Virus record (IMG/VR): IMGVR_UViG_3300009161_000033
Span: 1-64,000 of that record
Source: a virus
Direction: 5' to 3' (one strand)
DNA: 64,000 bases
Shown: one piece after another, positions 28,101 to 38,405 of the stretch
How the letters are laid out: each line of letters opens with the position of its first letter
How positions within the stretch are numbered: position 1 is the stretch's first letter
Position numbers and translations under genes: made by a program
The notes under the pieces: model-generated
What the model was told of the DNA's origin: nothing
The model's input: only the letters and a program-made list of their open reading frames with translations
The model's database searches: none

Positions 28101-30288
28101 TATTAGTATTGGTGACTTCATTGATAAAAAATTCTTTATTAAGTCGGAACCTGGTAATGGTGAAAATATTGTAATACCAAAAGGTGAATTGGGTATTGGT
28201 TTTGAAGTTGATTGTACAATAGATATTTCAGGGGGAACTGCAAATATTACGGATAATAAATCTGCGGACGTTTACTCAGTAAATGCTATGGCTTGTAGAC
28301 GTGTTAAATTTTCAGAAATTAAAGTTACAATTCCACCTATAGTTGAACCTGTTACTCCTGAAGTACCAAAAGAAATACAAACAATAAATGTTGATGTACC
28401 AAAACCAGCACCAACTGTTGAATATGTCCAAAAGTTAAAAGAAGGTATTAGTAAAAAAATATTAAGAAATTTATTATCTGAGTGTGATTATTTTGAAGTT
28501 GTTAAGGAAGAAAATCCAATGGTTTATGACTCGTTTAAAGAGAAAATCAGATACTTTAATCCTGCGTTCCACTCAACAACACCTGAAGGTTTAAATGCTC
28601 GTTTAACTTTCTTAAATCAATGTGTTAGACCTGGTGAAACAATACCAGTAATTGGTACTGATGGTAAACCAAAATACAACGATGCGGTTAATACCTCATT
28701 CGGGGCACCACCTGTATTAATATTAAGATTAGGGGATTTTATTAATACTAAAATTATTCCTACGGCATTGTCATTCACTTACGACCCGTTAATGTTAGAC
28801 CTAAACCCTGAAGGTATTGGTATTCAGCCAATGATTGCGAGTGTTAGTATGTCCTTTAACATTATTGGTGGTATGGGATTAAAAGAACCTGTAGAACAAT
28901 TACAAAACGCATTATCGTTTAACTATTACGCGAATACTGAGATATACGATGAAAGAGCGGTTTGGACTGAAGATACGTCAGCGTTAGATAAACAAGTTGT
29001 TGATGCGATTTTAGCGTCTCAAACACCTGCAACCACTAAAGATGTTACTAATCCACCAACAAATAATGGAGGGACTACCATTGGTGAAATTATTACTAAT
29101 ATACCAATTGTTAGTGGACAAACGGGTGAAATCGGATATCAAAAAATAATGGATAGCTTATTAACAGAGACTAAAAATTATTTTGAATTAGTCACAAATA
29201 AATTAGAGAGTATTAACTCAAGTTATAATTATGGTGTAGTTCAGATGTTAAATATCCAACGACAATTTACAGGCGGTACTATTAGCGGTCAAACATCACC
29301 ACTTAATCTTGAATCTCCTGTGGATATATATGGTAAACCTGTTTATACCGAGAATGGTACGGATTTAATCAAACTTCAATTTACAAATGCAATCAGTGAC
29401 ATTAACTCAAATACAAATCCTATTTTAGTTAAATTATTACCACATCAATTTCCTGATAGTGTTCTTAGAGATGTTAGAACTAACATGATTCAATACCTTA
29501 ACAGTATGGAGAGTACGTTCTCAAATGGTATTACAACAACAATGCAAGAAGTTGTTACTTTTGAACAAACTTATGTACAAATTATTAGAAAATTAGATTT
29601 AATTGCGGATTTAACAGACGGTAAAATTTTGGATACTAATTTACCAAGAGTTTATAATTTAAGTGCGACAACACAAGTTAGTTCATCAAGTAAAACCTCA
29701 ACACCAGTACCCTCAACAACATATGAGGAATTTGGATATGATTACTTAACTTTAAATAAAGCAACAACTAAATTCAATGACTTATTGGGAAGTGCTGATT
29801 ACCAAGTGGCCTTTGGGACTAGCCCGTGGAATGGTGGTAATTTTAGAGTTTTAAATACTAACGTATTAAAAGACGAATACGATAAAACATTCTTTTTTAT
29901 TATGGCTAGAATCCTTTCGGATAAAAATAAAAAAGATGAATTTATTAATTACGTTATTAAAGGTACTTTAGTTAACGTGACAACACCTGTTAAATTAAAA
30001 AATAAATTTGAAAAAATTGTGGATGATTTATCTGATGATTATAAAAAAGAATTAAAAGATGAAGAAAAAATGTTTGACAAATTAAAGAAAGAGAAAGTTT
30101 ATAAAGATTTAACTAATGGTATTGAGGATACTATGTACCCTAAAGGTAAGACAAGAAAATTTGAATATGATACAGTACCAAATCCTGCTACGGAGGCGGC
30201 TCAAAAAGAAAAAATCTTGAATTTATATAAATCAATAAATGTTAATGATGTTGTAACAACCTATAAAGGTAAAATTAAATTTACATAA
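25177..30288 (+). CDS. Large baseplate/tube-initiator-like structural protein with an inserted OmpA-like domain
   Basis: WFPPY...FLGRPEPIYTY...RTG and GAPPVLILRLGD...QPMIASV segments resemble tube-initiator folds; central FYFHND...GSAS...YNKNLSQRR...CRRV. Confidence 0.6.
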   Translation: MTGSTLSFTSSASFRDSLLSKNLAPYTVSGVYTPPSGPISYEVVQNVSEVIDSPDSLISDDPFAQQLYPLNEYGPEGGYNLNITYNNPPLPVNSNQGEYSPNDTVLDLVNEFYIDAGYIENRYGPDGGFKDMVIIDTLQNNNKIYQPYWNPPTFVPSLYTPFEILTSTSPVGSDGPLSQDSYLAKIGAITLKSLFEDRIALEIYQNTVGAVNLQSLQDPFEASLLATGQQPLIYKNWKITVPENPVFAAIDFATRLAGAYWPVSPIPGDYFDENDLNSQTPQTSNALNVTNQLTGGFLGPILNKSRNPSEIFIANTGNGQRSALFANIDYNRYKPGYPKSFGGLLGVGQALVNLAVNLINPDNGTLVGGYYVGSKNAEPSTITSPSNQIPVDPFGKQVQTPVYGPSELGILFEGNEKQINFGLAGKSSSDGGGIDGQFVWVSPKYKDNAGFHATPGGGSGSMDQQFNQISSNYLKDESTNITFKQSSILDQTQRLVDSADNVTGINRLKHVGNAINQVSKVFNDGYKEMTKGSQVLSYTDNTTGGEVGIEYCRVFTKDTPYYTYADLQKTDGITTSGRRFTNSVFDNTYNLNIAPLKNPGSTNIVADGPNGIGGYAKKYMFSIENLAWRTSSRPGFTYDELPVCEKGPNGGRVMWFPPYDIKFTETSSPSFQGTDFLGRPEPIYTYKSTSRTGTLSWKMIVDHPSVMNIVVEKQLKGQNKERINSIIDSFFAGCVKFDIYELAKKFNTIPVKDLYTYQEILNNPRLTDEELSGINKSIPKENTDTSGDNQNTNTGSKTTEDTTGSGFIDTFKELAFYFHNDRPDPNTNSTVSSLSYDQTFGPYEALLPTYVTKANTLFSDTANFCKKTGNVVGTSGDAKTNIDLGETYDVYCKNAKPVEDFFNKVVKSNYNKIANDDENFIKKAYEIINDKKGEITVTLIGSASAPAQENYNKNLSQRRIDSVKKFFKTFKTKDGISIGDFIDKKFFIKSEPGNGENIVIPKGELGIGFEVDCTIDISGGTANITDNKSADVYSVNAMACRRVKFSEIKVTIPPIVEPVTPEVPKEIQTINVDVPKPAPTVEYVQKLKEGISKKILRNLLSECDYFEVVKEENPMVYDSFKEKIRYFNPAFHSTTPEGLNARLTFLNQCVRPGETIPVIGTDGKPKYNDAVNTSFGAPPVLILRLGDFINTKIIPTALSFTYDPLMLDLNPEGIGIQPMIASVSMSFNIIGGMGLKEPVEQLQNALSFNYYANTEIYDERAVWTEDTSALDKQVVDAILASQTPATTKDVTNPPTNNGGTTIGEIITNIPIVSGQTGEIGYQKIMDSLLTETKNYFELVTNKLESINSSYNYGVVQMLNIQRQFTGGTISGQTSPLNLESPVDIYGKPVYTENGTDLIKLQFTNAISDINSNTNPILVKLLPHQFPDSVLRDVRTNMIQYLNSMESTFSNGITTTMQEVVTFEQTYVQIIRKLDLIADLTDGKILDTNLPRVYNLSATTQVSSSSKTSTPVPSTTYEEFGYDYLTLNKATTKFNDLLGSADYQVAFGTSPWNGGNFRVLNTNVLKDEYDKTFFFIMARILSDKNKKDEFINYVIKGTLVNVTTPVKLKNKFEKIVDDLSDDYKKELKDEEKMFDKLKKEKVYKDLTNGIEDTMYPKGKTRKFEYDTVPNPATEAAQKEKILNLYKSINVNDVVTTYKGKIKFT

Positions 30289-30290
30289 CA

Positions 30291-30614
30291 ATGGCAAAAC
30301 AAAATTATAATAGATATAGTGACTTTATTCTTGATGGACAACAAACCATTGTTCCATATATTACTTTACCTACTAAATCTACAGATAAACGATATATTTA
30401 TAAAGTTGGTCAATCTAGGATGGATAAGGTTTCTCAACAATATTTCAGTTCCCCAACATTTGGGTGGTTGATTATGATGGCAAACCCAATATATGGTGGA
30501 CAAGAATGGAATATTCCTGACGGTGCTATCTTGACAATTCCATTTCCTTTAGTAGCTTCTTTACAGGACTATAAAAATCAATTAGATAACCATTTCTTCT
30601 ATTATGGTAGGTAA
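30291..30614 (+). CDS. LysM-like baseplate protein (gp53/tail X-like)
   Basis: RMDKVSQQYF...GWLIMMANP...IPDGAILTIP. Confidence 0.7.
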   Translation: MAKQNYNRYSDFILDGQQTIVPYITLPTKSTDKRYIYKVGQSRMDKVSQQYFSSPTFGWLIMMANPIYGGQEWNIPDGAILTIPFPLVASLQDYKNQLDNHFFYYGR

Positions 30615-33600
30615 TCAACCAGAAAATATATTAGTAGAGTTTGACTATAACAACATTACAGTAATTGACCCCAACAAAGTTGTGGACGAATTTGGTGTTG
30701 CTAAAGAAAGACACGTTAACCAAGAGGACTTGGTTATGTACGCCAATTTGGAATGTAAAGTTATTCCAAGAACTAAACTCTCAGTTGGTACTGCGAACAA
30801 TGATGCGATTCAGACAATCTCTGTTGCGTCTATGAACTTCCTAAAACCTGGAGGTAAAACTTTTTTAGATAACAGTTATACAGATGAGATAACGGGTAAA
30901 GATTCTATTAAAGGTGAAGGAGTTAATCAACCAAAACAAACATCAGTATCTAACCCTAAGAAAGATAATGATTTCTTTATTAGACAAACAATAAATTCAG
31001 GTGGTAAGCCAGGAGCAACCGATAACGGGTTATTGGGTATTACAAGTATCACTATTAAACAAAACACATCGTTCATGTCAACAATTACTGTTGAAATGGA
31101 AGACGTTAAAGGTCGTGCATTGTTTGAATCGGGTGATAATTCACCATACGCAGCATTTTTTAATTTACCCTATCCTTTATTTTATTTAACGGTTAAGGGT
31201 TATTATGGTAAAGCGGTTAGGTTACCAATAATGTTACAGACGTTCACTTCACGATATAACACAGGGTCAGGTAACTTCCATATTACTTTAACATTTTTAA
31301 CTTACAAATATACAATCCTAAGTGAAGTTCCTATGGGATATTTGGTTGCTGCCCCGCACATGTATAAATCAAGAGTGAAGATTCAAACAACAAGTGGTAA
31401 CGCAAGTCAATTCTCTAATGTTGATGATACAATCTATGAAAGAGGATATCAGAAGATTAAAGAGATGTATAGTGAGTATAAAACTAAAGGATTAATCCCT
31501 GATGACTTCCCTGAGATTACCCTTGTCCAAATGCAGAACAGAATTGAAAATTTCGTAAAGAATATTTTAGATTCATTTACTAAACAAAACTTAGACCCCT
31601 TAAGTCATGTTGACGAATACCAAAAAGTTTTAATTGATTATGGTAAGGATGTTTATTACGCCGCGGGTACATCATGGTTTGACAAATACATGGATAAAAC
31701 TAATTATTTTGTTTTAAAAAATTCCACAGGTAATAATAATGACCAACTTAAAATATATAGTTTTAAACCTGAGATTAAAACTTCAAAACAAAGAGAAGAT
31801 GCTAAATCGGAATTAAAAAGTATTATTGAAAAAAACAACAAACTTTTAAATGAGAATGAGACTGTTGGTAAAAATGGTAAATATAAAATCGATGGAAAAG
31901 AAACACCTTGTCAAATTGTGTGTGACATTAACTATGAAATTTTCCCTATTGAAATACAATCTACTGACGTTGATTTAAAAGAAACATTTAAACAAAAAAA
32001 TAAAGATAAGGAACCTACTGATGTTGAGTTATTGGAATTACAAGCTAATTTAGAAAAAAACAATATTTTTAACAGTGGCGAGATAGTAGAAAAAGATGGT
32101 TCAAAACAACCAATATATACATATTATATTTTTGAAGGTACTAAAAAGTTTACGGACAAATTAGACAAACTTTCAAAAGATTTAAAAACAAAACGAGAAG
32201 AGATTGAAGTTAAATTAACTGACGCACTATCAAAACTACTACAAAGTAAAGATAGTGGTATAGGGTTTGTCCCAAACATTAGAAACGTATTGGCGGTTGT
32301 CTTTGCAAATGGAGAGGCGTTCTTACGAATGATGGATGACGTTCACACATCGGCGTGGGAACAAAGAGATAACAAATATAGAAAAGAAGTTATATTTGAT
32401 AAACAAATTGCGGGAGCGTCTGCCGACAATATAACTTCAGGGGATAATAGTAAACAACCTGTATATCCATGGCCACAATTAATTGTTGAGACTGCGGGTG
32501 AGGATGGACATGAGAAATATGAAATAACTTATCCTGGTGACCCAAAGATTATTAATAGAAGTAAGGGTTATTTATTTAATGTGTGGCCTGAAATTGAGTT
32601 TGTTGAAGAATTTATTAAAGGACTTACGGAAAGAACATTACCTCCTGCGGACCCTACCGCAACATCAAATGAATTAGTTCAAAGTGAAAGAATCTCTATT
32701 GATGCAATTGAATTCCCAATAGGAAATTGGGTATACGGTAATAAAGAAGAAGTTAAATATTTCTTTGAAATATACGAAAGAGTTATTTTAAATTCTTATT
32801 ATTCAAGATTCTCAAGAAGTAATGGGTTTGTTAGTGATTCAGATAAAATCAGTAATTTAATTGCCGAAGCGGAAAAAAGTAATATTGTTAAAAGTCTATC
32901 TAACGATAATCCATTCATCATCCAAAAGTTAAAACAATATGGGTTTAATGCAAGTAATTTTGCAACTATTCTAAGACAGTTTTCAAACGGAGGGTTAGGT
33001 GAAAGTTGGCAGAATTATATTAGAGGTATTTTTAATACTCCATATATTAAAAATTTAGTTAATAATAGTAGTTTTGAATTTATAAATTACAATGTTATTA
33101 ATAGTGCTTCAGCACAACCATTGGTTTCATTACCAAATGAATCTGGTATGACGGAATATATTTCAGGGTCAACAACATCTAATAAATTTGATTTAGCGGA
33201 TACCTTCCCGTTTACTAATAAAAATTGGGATAGTAAGTATTTGGCTAACGGGACAACAATCTTAGATGCTAATGGTTCTCTTGACACTAGAAAAACTTTA
33301 AAGTATGACCAAAACATTAAATCTATAACGAGTAATGTTGGAAGTAATACTAATGAAGTTAGACCGATAACTAACTTTGTTTATTTGTCAAGTCAAGTTC
33401 CAAATGTAAGTAGTTCAACAAGTCTAAAAGAATTCTATAGTAGTAGGACTTTTGAATCTCAGTTAATTACTGAAGGTAACGTTAGATATTATGATTATAG
33501 TGGTTTGGTAAGTAACGACCAAACAACATCTATATTGAACACCCCTTATTTTGTGAATTCAATCCAAGAAGGAGTTAAGAATTTTAGAAATAATGATGAG

Positions 33601-36600
33601 TATCCATTTGCATCATCTGCCTACTTGTTCATTAACAGTTTACCATTAGGGACTTTAAGAGAAAAGTATAAAACTTATAGTAATGGTGCAACAACCGATT
33701 TGGATTATATTTTTGCAACCCTTAAAAAATTTGGTGCTATTCATAAAATACCATACGCTTGGATTTTAAAAATTGGTTCTGTTTGGTATCGTTATAAAAA
33801 ATATATTGAAGAGGGTGTTGATATCTTGGATAAATCATGGTCGGGATTTAGTTATACTACTAACTTTGACCCTGTTACAAGTGCGAACACTCGTAACTAT
33901 GGTTTAATCATAAATGGAGCCCCGATTGATATTGTATTACAAAAAGATACTGCAATAGGGTCTGAATTATCTACTCTAATCAATGTTGGTTTTTACCCAA
34001 AGTTAATAAACGACTTTAATGTATTCTACCAAGGGTATGAAGTATTTTCAGGATATACTGATACATTAATACAATCAGGGATAACCTCAGGAGTATCTAT
34101 CAATTATGTTGATGAAGCGATTATTAATTTATCCGAAGGATTTGACCCTGCGGTTCCTCTTAGAGATTTGAGAGTTATTCCTTGGTCAGTAACCGTTGAT
34201 ACTGTTGATGGTAATTATACGTATATTATGCCATCAGAGGGTTCTGTTTTAAATCAAACGTTAAATGAATGTTTTGAAAACGGGAAACTTAAATTTGAAG
34301 TTAATTCTAATCAAGCAATGTACGATGGTTCTGTCAGATTATTTTGGGGATTACCTAACTATGGTTATTTTGATAACTCAAAACTTAGTAAACCGTCACC
34401 ATTTGTGTACATGAAACAAATTTTCTCAGGTCAAAGCAAACAGGAAAACTTCTCAATTAACGGGACCAATAGTGAATATTCACAAATTAGTGAAATGTTG
34501 TCTGTTTTTGAAAAATCTGTATTAGATGAATTTGAAACCGTCTTTTTAAATTTCTCAAAATCGGTTTACGATTATTCACCTGATACTATAACAAATAGTT
34601 CATCACAAAATGAGGCGATTGCAAGTGCGTTAGGGGTTAGCCCAACTGATATTAATACTAGTGGAGATACTAATGGTGTTGTTACAGATACTGAAAAGAC
34701 TTTTAAAAACTTCCAAATGTTATTTAGAAGTTTAATGAAGACTCCAAAAGTAACAGGTGAAACAGGGACCGATATTGTAAATAAAATACAAAACGCTCAA
34801 GTAACAAATGTTACAAATGTTCTAAAACAATTCTTAAATTACGATGTTGTATTTAAATACGGTAACCCTTCATTTTACGATAAGAAATTGTTTTATACTT
34901 TCTCATCATTACCATTAACAGAACCATATACGTGGGGAAGTTATAATTCATTCACACCTGGTTCAGTCCCTACAAATGGTGGAGGTGTTACATTAACAAC
35001 ATCTAAAAGTAATTATCCTAATGAATGGATTGCTTTACAAACATATGTTGGTTTTTCAGAAATACCTGAATTAGTTTACGATAATAATGGGTCTTATATT
35101 ACTGACTTCTTCGTTGATTTAGATGTTGCATTTACAGTTGATAATATTAAATTATTTGCACCAATCGTTAAGATTTATGCAACTCAAAAATTAAATCAGT
35201 TCCAAGCAAACCCAATACCTGCTCCTGAACCACCAATTTCATCACCAAGTCAAGTTGTCTCAGTTACTAAATTATTAAGTGGGGATACGGTTACGGTTAG
35301 AAAAGAAGCATTAAAAAATGTTGCGTATGTTTCGGATAGTTCAGGTCTTATTTTATTTGAAAGTTTACCTGCAAGTTTTCCACCAACTACAGGTTATACT
35401 CAATCATTAATTGATGAAGCGATTATCATTGTATATGGCTCATTAGCAGTAAACCCAACGGACAAACAATTTATTGTAAGTACAGTTTTCACACCACAAC
35501 CACAATACCCACAAATACCTGCACCAAATACAAAACAAGGACAAAGTGCTTTTTATCAAGCGATGACTAACTACCTATTAGATATTAATAATTTCCAAGC
35601 TAAAATAATTAATAATTTAATACCTAAATTACAATTGGCGTTACCTGACACAAATACAGTTGCGGACTCTCAAGTTCAGTCTGAATTACAAGGTGAACAA
35701 TCTAAAGTTGAGTTGTGGGAAACATTCAAAGCGTTAAATGATAAATGGATATCAGGTAATGACTTTAAAACAAAAACATTATTTGAAGACATTTTATTAT
35801 TGGATAGGGCAAGTAGAAATGTTGGGGATAAAATTTTAGTTGATATCTACAAATTAAAAGATAGATTACTTAATATACCTGTTAAGGCATCAATGTTATC
35901 TTTTGTTCAAAGTATTTTAATTGAGAACCATTTTGTGGTAATGAATATCCCATCGTATGTTAATTTCTATAATGTACAAGAGGCGGTTAAAAACCCAAAA
36001 CCAAGAATTGAAGGAACTACCGAATTTGCAAACACTATGTTTGGAACACACTTAAATGTGGATTATAGAGATTCTTCTTCTAAAATGGTTTGTTTCTACG
36101 GTGGTAAACCAAGTGAACAATTAGATTTGAAAAACAATGTTGATTATAGATATAGAAATGATGCTTTTGATTTACGTAGAGCAAGTGACAACCCATTAAT
36201 TGAAAACCAAGTTGGTAAAACAGATTGGGACAAATCAAATAAAGTTGTTGGGTTTAATGTTGATATTGGAGTTCAAAACCAACAAATATTTAAAAGTTTT
36301 TCTGTTGACCAAAATGCGGGTAAAGCGACTGCGGAATCTTTAGAAGTGATAAATCAAATGGCCAACCAAGCGGGAGGTAGAGGAGGTACAACTCAAAATA
36401 CTTCATTATATAACCTTTATAAAAATAGAAGTTATGGTTGTCAGATAACCATGTTAGGTAACGCAATGATACAACCAACCATGTACTTTAACCTAAGACA
36501 CGTTCCGATGTTTAGTGGACCATACATGATTCTTTCTGTTGACCATAGTATAACACCTGGTAATTTTGAAACATATATTTCAGGTATTAGACAACCTATT

Positions 36601-37338
36601 GCTTCATTACCTAAGATTGATAACTATATCCAATCACTTAGAACTAATTTACTAAAATCAATTGTTGAAAAAAATAAAGAAGTTAAAGCACAAACAACTA
36701 AAGACTCAAAAGGAAATGTTGTTTCACAACAAAATAAAGTAACATCAAATGCTAACGGAGGAAAAGAAGTAACTCAAGTCCAATCATGTGTTCCGTCAAA
36801 TTCATACAATAGATTTGTTAATATTACACCAACAAGTACTAAAGCAACGTTTAAAGAGGCTTTAAGTACGATAAAAAATCAAATAATTGCATCAGGAGTT
36901 TCTGATGACGGTAAATTGAAATATTGTGTATTTGCCGCGTTGTACTTAGAGTCTAGTACTACAACAGGTTTAGAATCTTACGAAAATAATTTCGCGGGTA
37001 TTGATTTATCACAATCATGGGGAACCTCATCAAGATACTTTAGTGGTAATGAACAATTCTTCTGTTTAAAATCAGATACAACTACACTACCTTATGCAGT
37101 ATTTGACGATTTATCAAATAATGTTAGATTGTTAATTGAAAGATGGAAAGACAGGATGGGTAATGTTCCTAATAATAGTGCAAAAGAAATTACTAAGTTT
37201 TGGATACTTAATTTTGGAGCGAATCAAAATCAATCAAACGTCTATACATCAATGGACCCAACAAAACTTTCTAACATTGAGGCTAAAGTACAAAAATCAA
37301 TTGACAACGTAAATTCGTTAGAATTAATAACCCCTTAA
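30604..37338 (+). CDS. Giant baseplate hub protein (gp27/gp44-like) with a C-terminal lysozyme/GH73-like domain
   Basis: Hub-like ends (LGITSITI...F.LPYP.F.L.VKGYYG; C.ITMLGNAMIQP.MYF.L..VPMFSG.Y.I..V.H.I) and C-terminal LYLES...NNFAGI. Confidence 0.6.
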   Translation: MVGNQPENILVEFDYNNITVIDPNKVVDEFGVAKERHVNQEDLVMYANLECKVIPRTKLSVGTANNDAIQTISVASMNFLKPGGKTFLDNSYTDEITGKDSIKGEGVNQPKQTSVSNPKKDNDFFIRQTINSGGKPGATDNGLLGITSITIKQNTSFMSTITVEMEDVKGRALFESGDNSPYAAFFNLPYPLFYLTVKGYYGKAVRLPIMLQTFTSRYNTGSGNFHITLTFLTYKYTILSEVPMGYLVAAPHMYKSRVKIQTTSGNASQFSNVDDTIYERGYQKIKEMYSEYKTKGLIPDDFPEITLVQMQNRIENFVKNILDSFTKQNLDPLSHVDEYQKVLIDYGKDVYYAAGTSWFDKYMDKTNYFVLKNSTGNNNDQLKIYSFKPEIKTSKQREDAKSELKSIIEKNNKLLNENETVGKNGKYKIDGKETPCQIVCDINYEIFPIEIQSTDVDLKETFKQKNKDKEPTDVELLELQANLEKNNIFNSGEIVEKDGSKQPIYTYYIFEGTKKFTDKLDKLSKDLKTKREEIEVKLTDALSKLLQSKDSGIGFVPNIRNVLAVVFANGEAFLRMMDDVHTSAWEQRDNKYRKEVIFDKQIAGASADNITSGDNSKQPVYPWPQLIVETAGEDGHEKYEITYPGDPKIINRSKGYLFNVWPEIEFVEEFIKGLTERTLPPADPTATSNELVQSERISIDAIEFPIGNWVYGNKEEVKYFFEIYERVILNSYYSRFSRSNGFVSDSDKISNLIAEAEKSNIVKSLSNDNPFIIQKLKQYGFNASNFATILRQFSNGGLGESWQNYIRGIFNTPYIKNLVNNSSFEFINYNVINSASAQPLVSLPNESGMTEYISGSTTSNKFDLADTFPFTNKNWDSKYLANGTTILDANGSLDTRKTLKYDQNIKSITSNVGSNTNEVRPITNFVYLSSQVPNVSSSTSLKEFYSSRTFESQLITEGNVRYYDYSGLVSNDQTTSILNTPYFVNSIQEGVKNFRNNDEYPFASSAYLFINSLPLGTLREKYKTYSNGATTDLDYIFATLKKFGAIHKIPYAWILKIGSVWYRYKKYIEEGVDILDKSWSGFSYTTNFDPVTSANTRNYGLIINGAPIDIVLQKDTAIGSELSTLINVGFYPKLINDFNVFYQGYEVFSGYTDTLIQSGITSGVSINYVDEAIINLSEGFDPAVPLRDLRVIPWSVTVDTVDGNYTYIMPSEGSVLNQTLNECFENGKLKFEVNSNQAMYDGSVRLFWGLPNYGYFDNSKLSKPSPFVYMKQIFSGQSKQENFSINGTNSEYSQISEMLSVFEKSVLDEFETVFLNFSKSVYDYSPDTITNSSSQNEAIASALGVSPTDINTSGDTNGVVTDTEKTFKNFQMLFRSLMKTPKVTGETGTDIVNKIQNAQVTNVTNVLKQFLNYDVVFKYGNPSFYDKKLFYTFSSLPLTEPYTWGSYNSFTPGSVPTNGGGVTLTTSKSNYPNEWIALQTYVGFSEIPELVYDNNGSYITDFFVDLDVAFTVDNIKLFAPIVKIYATQKLNQFQANPIPAPEPPISSPSQVVSVTKLLSGDTVTVRKEALKNVAYVSDSSGLILFESLPASFPPTTGYTQSLIDEAIIIVYGSLAVNPTDKQFIVSTVFTPQPQYPQIPAPNTKQGQSAFYQAMTNYLLDINNFQAKIINNLIPKLQLALPDTNTVADSQVQSELQGEQSKVELWETFKALNDKWISGNDFKTKTLFEDILLLDRASRNVGDKILVDIYKLKDRLLNIPVKASMLSFVQSILIENHFVVMNIPSYVNFYNVQEAVKNPKPRIEGTTEFANTMFGTHLNVDYRDSSSKMVCFYGGKPSEQLDLKNNVDYRYRNDAFDLRRASDNPLIENQVGKTDWDKSNKVVGFNVDIGVQNQQIFKSFSVDQNAGKATAESLEVINQMANQAGGRGGTTQNTSLYNLYKNRSYGCQITMLGNAMIQPTMYFNLRHVPMFSGPYMILSVDHSITPGNFETYISGIRQPIASLPKIDNYIQSLRTNLLKSIVEKNKEVKAQTTKDSKGNVVSQQNKVTSNANGGKEVTQVQSCVPSNSYNRFVNITPTSTKATFKEALSTIKNQIIASGVSDDGKLKYCVFAALYLESSTTTGLESYENNFAGIDLSQSWGTSSRYFSGNEQFFCLKSDTTTLPYAVFDDLSNNVRLLIERWKDRMGNVPNNSAKEITKFWILNFGANQNQSNVYTSMDPTKLSNIEAKVQKSIDNVNSLELITP

Positions 37339-37398
37339 TAGTTATTTGGGTTAAGAAATTTTTAATAGAACAATGATATTTATATAAAAAGAGAAATT

Positions 37399-37623
37399 AT
37401 GAACACAAAATTAATTTTAGATAATTACTTAGGTAAGAGTACTAGAACCACTGAGAAAGACATGGGTAATGGTAATAAACAAGTATGTGACTTAGATACA
37501 GGTGATTGTTATACAATCAGAATGAAAGACGGTCTTATTGAAAGAGTGGATAATACGATGTCCCAAAATAAAAAAATCCAAGTTGAAACAACTACTGGAG
37601 TAAAACAATTATTAAATGGATAA
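37399..37623 (+). CDS. Hypothetical protein
   Basis: 74-aa ORF after a TATTTATA motif; contains VCDLDTGDC; overlaps the next gene. Confidence 0.7.
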   Translation: MNTKLILDNYLGKSTRTTEKDMGNGNKQVCDLDTGDCYTIRMKDGLIERVDNTMSQNKKIQVETTTGVKQLLNG

Positions 37624-38311
37624 GAAAATGAAAGTAGATGTAAGAATCTTAAACGAAGTTATGAGATACAAAAGTATTAATAATTATATCTCAGAACAAG
37701 ATGCCACTTTACCTCCACCACCTGATGCGGGAGCGTTACCACCACCTGATGCGGGAGCTTTACCACCACCACCTGATGCGGGAGCGGTTCCACCTCCAGC
37801 ACCTGATGCTACGGGAGCTGAAACACCACCTGAAACAATTGATGTTGCGAATGACCCTGATGTAGAAAAAGTTGGTGAAGAAGACAAAGGAAAAGGAGGA
37901 ACTCAAGAAATTGAAATCACTGATTTGGTTAAATCTCAAAAAAATGTTGAGAAGAAACAAGAAGAATATTTTGATAACTTGTTCAAACATTTGGACGACT
38001 TAGAAAATAAATTATCTACTATGGATACTATAGTTAACCAACTTAACAGTTTGGAAGCTAAAGTTGAAAAAATGAGACCAAAAACACCTGAAGAAAAATT
38101 AGAATTAAGAAGTTTAGATTCAGGACCTTATAATCAAAAATTGAGTGATTTTTTTGAAGATAAGCAAGAAGACATGGAAAAGTCAGGAAAAAATGAATAT
38201 ATTTTAACTCAAGACGATGTTGAAAGTTATTCTCCTGGAGATATCAAAAAAAGTTTCAGAAATTTTGGGACTGATGACTCAGAACTTGACTCATTCCAAA
38301 CAATTAGGTAA
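37616..38311 (+). CDS. Acidic Pro-rich/coiled-coil protein (possible head core/scaffold-associated)
   Basis: ILNE and YISE leader motifs, PPPDAGA repeats, then a heptad coiled coil. Confidence 0.65.
   Translation: MDKKMKVDVRILNEVMRYKSINNYISEQDATLPPPPDAGALPPPDAGALPPPPDAGAVPPPAPDATGAETPPETIDVANDPDVEKVGEEDKGKGGTQEIEITDLVKSQKNVEKKQEEYFDNLFKHLDDLENKLSTMDTIVNQLNSLEAKVEKMRPKTPEEKLELRSLDSGPYNQKLSDFFEDKQEDMEKSGKNEYILTQDDVESYSPGDIKKSFRNFGTDDSELDSFQTIR
37709..37819 (+). repeat. Coding tandem repeat (L/V)PPP(P)DAGA, about 4 copies
   Basis: ccaccacctgatgcgggagc occurs three times, plus one degenerate copy. Confidence 0.9.
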
Positions 38312-38314
38312 AAG

Positions 38315-38338
38315 AACGGTCCTAATGGACCGTTTTTT
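38315..38338 (+). terminator. Intrinsic terminator ending the tail module transcript
   Basis: AACGGTCC-TAAT-GGACCGTT followed by TTTT. Confidence 0.8.
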
Positions 38339-38350
38339 AACTTAAAAATA

Positions 38351-38382
38351 TTTGACAAAACAAAGGCTGACACTTATACTTA
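38351..38382 (+). promoter_or_regulatory. Putative early/middle promoter of the replication operon
   Basis: TTGACA(38352-38357)-N17-TATACT(38375-38380). Confidence 0.7.
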
Positions 38383-38405
38383 GTAAACAATTAAAACATA
38401 AATAA

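Noticed and set aside
14727-37338. Bacterial extracellular contractile injection system or tailocin
   Set aside because: It is interleaved with phage neck genes and a phage replisome, and there are no host housekeeping genes.
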